From: Blepharisma stoltei ATCC 30299
Lineage: Eukaryota; Protista; Ciliophora
Assembly (NCBI GenBank): GCA_965603825.1
Contig: CBFDEM010000030.1
Coordinates: 434,001-498,000, forward strand
DNA: 64,000 bases
Direction of reading: 5' to 3'
The notes beneath the pieces are model-generated. The model did no database searches. It had not been told where the DNA came from and saw only the letters and a program-made list of their open reading frames with translations. Shown here in pieces: positions 58,786 to 64,000 of this stretch (position 1 is its first letter; each line of letters begins with the position of its first letter). The translations under genes and the position numbers were made by a program.

Positions 58786-61380
58786 ATGGCAGAAGTATAT
58801 ACGCTTACGTGTGACGATGCAAAAATAAGATCAGAAAACATTGAAGGGGTATCTTATGAAGTATCATTAGCTATTACCAAAGAATCTGGGTTTTCAGGAG
58901 TAGTGAAAATATTTTTCACATGCAAAAATCCAGCAGTCAGGGCATTTGTGGAATACCACGGTAAGCAAGTTGATTCTGTCAAAATTAATGGAGAAAGCTC
59001 TGAAATTGCTTGGAAAAACAGCCAGATAGACCTTCTAAACCTCAAGCAGGGTGAAAATATCGCTGAAATAGAATATCAAAATAATTATTCTAATGATGGC
59101 TTAGGCCTTCACCACTATAAAGATCCAGAAGACCAGGAATGCTACGTATACTCTCAGTGCGAGCCTTTTTCAGCTAACAGAATTATTCCTTGTTTTGATC
59201 AGCCAGATCTCAAAGCCACTTTTAAGCTTTCTATAGTTGCTCCAAGATCATGGAAAGTAATTTCCAATGAAAAATGCACCTCAAAGATTCCAATCCCCAC
59301 AGTTCCTGGCGCTGTATCAGAGCCTTATTCTCTTCATATTTTCAAGCAATCCCCCAAAATGAGCACTTATTTATTTGCTGTCTGTGCTGGTCCTTATGAG
59401 GAATTCAGAAATGATAACAATGAAGTCGACATAGAACTTGGGCTATTTTGTAGAAAAACCTTAAAGCAGTACCTAGATTTTGAAAAATATTTCAGATGGA
59501 CAATCGAAGGCTTCAAATTTTACAATGAATTTTTCGGGTACAATTATCCTTTCTCTAAATATGACCAACTGTTTGTCCCTGAATTTAAATTTGGAGCTAT
59601 GGAAAATATTGGCTGTGTGACCTTCAGAGACCAATTTTTATTTAAAGATCCACCTTCTAGCTTAATGATATCAAGAGTATGTGAAGTTATTTTGCATGAA
59701 ATGGCTCACATGTGGTTTGGAGATTTGGTGACTATGAAATGGTGGGATGATTTGTGGCTAAATGAAAGTTTCGCGACTTTTATGTCTTTTGTAGCAAAAG
59801 AAGATAAGCTGATTGATGAGCATCCGACTGTGTGGATTGAATTTTTAGGGAAAAAAGGCTGGGGATATGCGACTGACCAGCTTCCTACAACCCATCCTAT
59901 TTCAACTCATGTAGAAAACACGAGTCAGACTGAGTCAAATTTTGATGGGATTTCGTATTCGAAAGGGGCAAGTGTGCTGAAACAGCTTTATTTCTTGGTT
60001 GGAAGAGAAGTTTTTTCTAGAAGTTTGAAAATTTATGTGCAGAAATATCAGTATTTAAATGCTGAATTTAGCGATTTGATTGAAATTATTGCACAGCAGG
60101 CGAGGGATCATGGAAATCTAAGGGATATTAACCAGTGGGCACAAATTTGGGTAAAAACAGCTGGGCTTAATGAATTAGAGCCAGTAATTGAAAGAGATAA
60201 TGAAGGGAAAGTCACAAAATTTGTGATTAAACAGTCTGCTGCTTTGCCAGAGCATCCTACCTTAAGAGACCATAAAATAATTGTAGAGCTTTTTGATTCT
60301 TCAATGAACTCAATTCAAAAGGCGACTATAACAGTTTTGCCTCAAGACGAAACAGTTCTTGAACAATTTAATGGTCTGCCTGTATCATGCGCTATTTTAA
60401 ACGTAGAAGACTGGGGTTATTGCAAAATAAGAATAGACGAACATTCATTTAACACTCTTAAACTTCATCTCTCAAAAATTCCTCAGCCTTTAACTCGCCA
60501 ATTAGTTTATCGTGCATTATGGGATATGGTAAGAGACATTAGAATGTCAGGCGTTGAGTTTATTGAATTTGCATTAGCTCAAGCTCCTCTTGAAAAAGAC
60601 CCTGAAATTGCCAACTTCATCCTTGACTACGCCAGTGCAGCATCATCATTTATCCCACTTTGTCCTGAAAAAGAGAATCTCATCCACGATTTATTTGCAT
60701 TAACCCTCAGCAAGCTTAATCAATCAGCATCAGATCAAGAATCCATCACATACAAAAATAAAGCTTTAGGCTTTATCTATCGTAAAGATGATGTCGAAAG
60801 AGCAGTCCAATGGGTTCTAAATAACAACACTGGCATTCCAAACTGGAAACTCGGGAAAAATGACAGATGGTCAATCATTAAAAAATACTCAGAAATCACT
60901 TATGAAGCTGACGCAATAGTTAAAGAAGAATGCAAAAAGGATGCTTCGGATACAGGGCATATTGCCGCTCTTTATTGTGAATCCGCTTATCCAGTTTTTG
61001 AATTAAAGAGAGCAACTTGGGATAGAATTGTTAATAATGGTGAGCAGTTGTCTAATTATGATAGAGAAGCTGTAATGTCAGGATTTAATAAGTCTAGACA
61101 AGCTGAATTGTTAGCATCGTTTACAGATCAATACTTTGATAAAGTGATTGAAATAATAAATAGGTGTGAGCATGAATTTGGCAAATCTTTTTGCAATGGA
61201 CTTTTGCCTGCCTATGAGAAAGAGGAAACATTGATTGAAAGAATTGAACAACTTTTGCCTTTGATACCTAAAGAGAGATTGGATATAATTAGAGAATATA
61301 GAGAGCATATTTCAGTACTGCAGAAGAGAAAATGTGGAAAAGAACTATCAATTTCGTATTTAAATAACAAAAAGGCATAA
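58786..61380 (+). CDS. pepN: Aminopeptidase N (M1 family)
   Basis: GAMEN, HEMAH-x18-E (WLNES), SYSKG. Confidence 0.95.
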   Translation: MAEVYTLTCDDAKIRSENIEGVSYEVSLAITKESGFSGVVKIFFTCKNPAVRAFVEYHGKQVDSVKINGESSEIAWKNSQIDLLNLKQGENIAEIEYQNNYSNDGLGLHHYKDPEDQECYVYSQCEPFSANRIIPCFDQPDLKATFKLSIVAPRSWKVISNEKCTSKIPIPTVPGAVSEPYSLHIFKQSPKMSTYLFAVCAGPYEEFRNDNNEVDIELGLFCRKTLKQYLDFEKYFRWTIEGFKFYNEFFGYNYPFSKYDQLFVPEFKFGAMENIGCVTFRDQFLFKDPPSSLMISRVCEVILHEMAHMWFGDLVTMKWWDDLWLNESFATFMSFVAKEDKLIDEHPTVWIEFLGKKGWGYATDQLPTTHPISTHVENTSQTESNFDGISYSKGASVLKQLYFLVGREVFSRSLKIYVQKYQYLNAEFSDLIEIIAQQARDHGNLRDINQWAQIWVKTAGLNELEPVIERDNEGKVTKFVIKQSAALPEHPTLRDHKIIVELFDSSMNSIQKATITVLPQDETVLEQFNGLPVSCAILNVEDWGYCKIRIDEHSFNTLKLHLSKIPQPLTRQLVYRALWDMVRDIRMSGVEFIEFALAQAPLEKDPEIANFILDYASAASSFIPLCPEKENLIHDLFALTLSKLNQSASDQESITYKNKALGFIYRKDDVERAVQWVLNNNTGIPNWKLGKNDRWSIIKKYSEITYEADAIVKEECKKDASDTGHIAALYCESAYPVFELKRATWDRIVNNGEQLSNYDREAVMSGFNKSRQAELLASFTDQYFDKVIEIINRCEHEFGKSFCNGLLPAYEKEETLIERIEQLLPLIPKERLDIIREYREHISVLQKRKCGKELSISYLNNKKA

Positions 61381-61440
61381 TTAATCATAGTCATTGAAAG
61401 TTAAAATAATTATCGAAAAAAAATTATATTCTTAATAATT

Positions 61441-61577
61441 ATGGCAGAAAGTATATGCTCGATTGTGAAGATGCGAAGCTGAGAGGTGAAAACTTAACTG
61501 TAGTCTTATATGAAAAAAATTCAGTGCTAACCAAAAAATCAGGCTTTTCAGGGCACGTAAAATCAATTTTGTATTAG
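61441..61577 (+). pseudogene. Degenerate tandem copy of the aminopeptidase N 5' end
   Basis: LDCEDAKLRGENL...TKKSGFSGHVK compared with LTCDDAKIRSENI...TKESGFSGVVK; frameshift after ATGGCAGAA; TAG at 61575. Confidence 0.8.
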
Positions 61578-61841
61578 AAACACATCTCTTACAGCTTATA
61601 AAAGTTTTTATGAAATTTTCTATCTTTCATTGAAAAATTTATTCCTTCAGAGCATTTTGGGGATAATATATATAGAAATATATATATATTAATTACTACA
61701 GATAAATTAAATATTATAAGAGCTTATAGAGAAAAATTATCACTATAGAGAAATCATAAGCTTGGGAAAAGAACATAAGCTACTCTCTTTTAATTCTAAG
61801 ATTTAAAATGGCATAATTAGCATAAATTATTTTTATAAGCG

Positions 61842-63251
61842 ATGCTTATATCAGTCCTTCAATCGAATGGAGTCGATATATTAGGCTATCTTACAACAGA
61901 AGAACTGCAAGAAATCAAAAAAGTTTCATTATTTTTCAATGAAGTAGTAGATTCTATATTGATGTGAAGAGTCCTTTTTTCATCTATAAGTGGAGCACTG
62001 AAAGGTTATAACCCAAGCCCACAGGCAGCAAAAGATGTAAGAGTAAGAACCATTAAATCTCGACCTGAATCTTCAACAAAGCCTAAGCCAAAATCTATTT
62101 CTATTAGAGAAGAAAAATGCCCAAAGCAATGATTTTTCATCCCGCCTGATCTTGAAGAGAAATTAAAACTAATTACAATCAACCGCGCTTCAGTTGTCAG
62201 AAAAGACCCCAATTTTTCAGGAAGATGCTTTGAAGTATTAGAAACTTGGGCTTCTCTTCTAGTATCCACTTTAAAAGAAATAAAAGAAAAAGAAATCAGA
62301 GGAGAAGACACAGATCCTAAATCTATTATACTTTATTGGAAAGACAAAAGCAAAATTTTATCTGAAATTATGGAAGAACTCAATGATATTTGTATTGCAA
62401 AATTGGATTCAATTTTTGTGGACACTCCAAGCCATAAGAAATTTATTAGCGCAATTAATAAATTGAAAAAAGAGTATGAAGAAGCAAGAGTAAAAATAAA
62501 TTAGGAAATGTGAAAATATGCAGCTAAGATTGAAGTAAATTTGGTGAAAGTTGTTGATGTAAAAACAGCTTATAAGTTTGGAAAAAGTTTGATTGAATCT
62601 TTGGAAAAAGCTAAAGAAAGTTGTAAATATTTTAATGAAAAGAGAATTCTTGATATAATTGGATCAATATGTAAAATTTACGCAGGCTACCAATTTTTTC
62701 AAATTTTGGAAAAACAAATTGATTTTAATGAGCTTTTTAAAAGCGAAAGAGAAATCAGCCTCAAAAAAATAAAGCAAGCAAAATTATTTTCCACATGAAT
62801 AATTGATAGCAAATTGCTAAATTCTTCTAGCTCCCACTTAGTCAGACCTTCAACATCCTATGCAACTGAAAAAAATCAGCCAAGACCTACAACTCCTTCA
62901 CTAGGTGCAGGAGTCATTAAAAGTCAAAATTTCTTAACATCAAATTTACTATATTTGGTTACTGTTTTAAATGATCTTCACAGCATGGTCTCATCATTTT
63001 CACAAATAAAAGAAATAGAAAATCCTTCAAAGAAAACTGTGGAGTTTATTACTTTATATGAAAAAATTCCTATTGAATTTTCAATATGATCTTCAGAAAA
63101 TAGCATTTTATGGGCTAGGCTTGTTCATGCATTTAAAGATGGATTAAATAAATTGCAAAAAACTCCTTTGGTAAAAAATCATGAAAGTTCAGGAGAATCA
63201 GAAGAAGATCTGGATGAAAGCATTGTAGCACCATCATGGAATGTTCGATAG
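61842..63251 (+). CDS. F-box-like N-terminus plus dynein heavy chain N1 (tail)-like segment, about 464 aa
   Basis: Single frame across 5 TGAs (61965, 62130, 62511, 62796, 63087) and intron 62490-62504; TAG at 63249. Confidence 0.7.
62490..62504 (+). other. 15-nt intron
   Basis: gtaaaaataaattag; contains in-frame TAG. Confidence 0.87.
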
Positions 63252-63299
63252 TTAATAATAATTATTATATTAAAGCTACAGCAATTTAATTGTTGTGTA

Positions 63300-64000
63300 T
63301 TACAAATGTCTCCTTGAAATCTTTCCATTACTAACATTTAATATATCATTCAAATCAAAAACTTTTCCTTTTACTATTCTTTCTGACATTGCTGAATCAG
63401 AAGATAATTTTCTTTTAATTAACATAAGATTTAAATTATGCTGCGATATTGCTTTTTGTGATTTAGGTGCCATTTTTCGATAAAAGGATAAGGTTTGAGA
63501 AGTTTTTTTCGGCTCTTCTTTATAGGCATTTCTCTCTGATTTTCCGATATCACTTGGCAATTCCATTAAAGATAAAGGGCATTTGGATTTTCTTAGAAAA
63601 GTTTTTCTTGTCAGAATCTTAGAGATTTCTTCATGTGTTTTCATTTCTATTTTTACTTCACTAACACCTGTAGAAGAAATCATAAAATCCTCTTCATTTT
63701 TAGTGTCTAGTCTCTCTCATTTTGTGTCTTTAGTTTTTATAATTATAGTCTTCCTTTTTCTTTCTGTGTCTAACTTTATCGGCTCTTTAAATGCTGATTT
63801 ATTCAGGTCACATATCTTAGGTATTGCATAGCAAGCAAAAGAATTCGCCATATCACCATCTTCGTAATCCTTTCAAGGACTCGTAGAAGTGCAGACTTCA
63901 AACTGATGATTCTTAATAGAAATGCAAGATTCATTTAAAATAGGGATTCCAAAATCAAGTTTTTGTTTACTTCTACCTTGGTTAGCTTCCATAGAAGTGC
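63300..64000 (-). CDS. Hypothetical protein, 5'-partial
   Basis: Frame is open from the right edge through TGA 63873 and 63717 to TAA at 63300. Confidence 0.65.

Noticed and set aside
58786-61380. pepN as a recent bacterial transfer (no introns, no TGA)
   Set aside because: Composition and spacing match neighbouring genes, and many native genes here also lack introns and TGA; would need a phylogeny.
1-64000. tRNA, rRNA, CRISPR arrays, transposons or retained IESs
   Set aside because: None recognised; every CDS closes without needing a TA-bounded excision.

Overview
AT-rich, very gene-dense eukaryotic DNA that reads as a heterotrich ciliate macronuclear chromosome, most consistent with Blepharisma (inference). 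Two properties explain why the supplied ORF track is fragmented. (1) TGA is read as Trp: about 59 in-frame TGAs by hand count, several at invariant Trp positions, and every real stop is TAA or TAG. (2) The introns are tiny GTA...AG spliceosomal introns: 18 inferred, fifteen of 15 nt plus one each of 16, 14 and 20 nt. Re-read this way, the window holds about 36 protein-coding genes: Tul1-like RING E3, PILS transporter, CHCHD2, a double Venus-flytrap multi-TM receptor, FHA protein, TmcB-like TM-TPR-PAS protein, NT-C2, EF-hand PIP5K, RCC1, CFAP20, DHHC, AZUL-HECT E3, MORN, DOMON, thioredoxin, syntaxin, PKG-like pseudokinase, PH-OSBP, LRR, OCRL, PGP, RAP, CIAO1, dsRBD-SAM-U-box, PRODH, aminopeptidase N, an F-box/dynein-tail fusion and several coiled-coil unknowns. 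It also holds a 5' pseudogene fragment and a candidate structured RNA. Most worth following up: the +4 context bias of UGA-Trp codons, non-canonical tiny introns (14 nt, 20 vs 16 nt, a split ATG), a membrane module shared by the receptor and the PAS protein, the F-box/dynein-tail fusion, and gene spacings down to 16-25 bp. All calls were made by eye; no searches were run.
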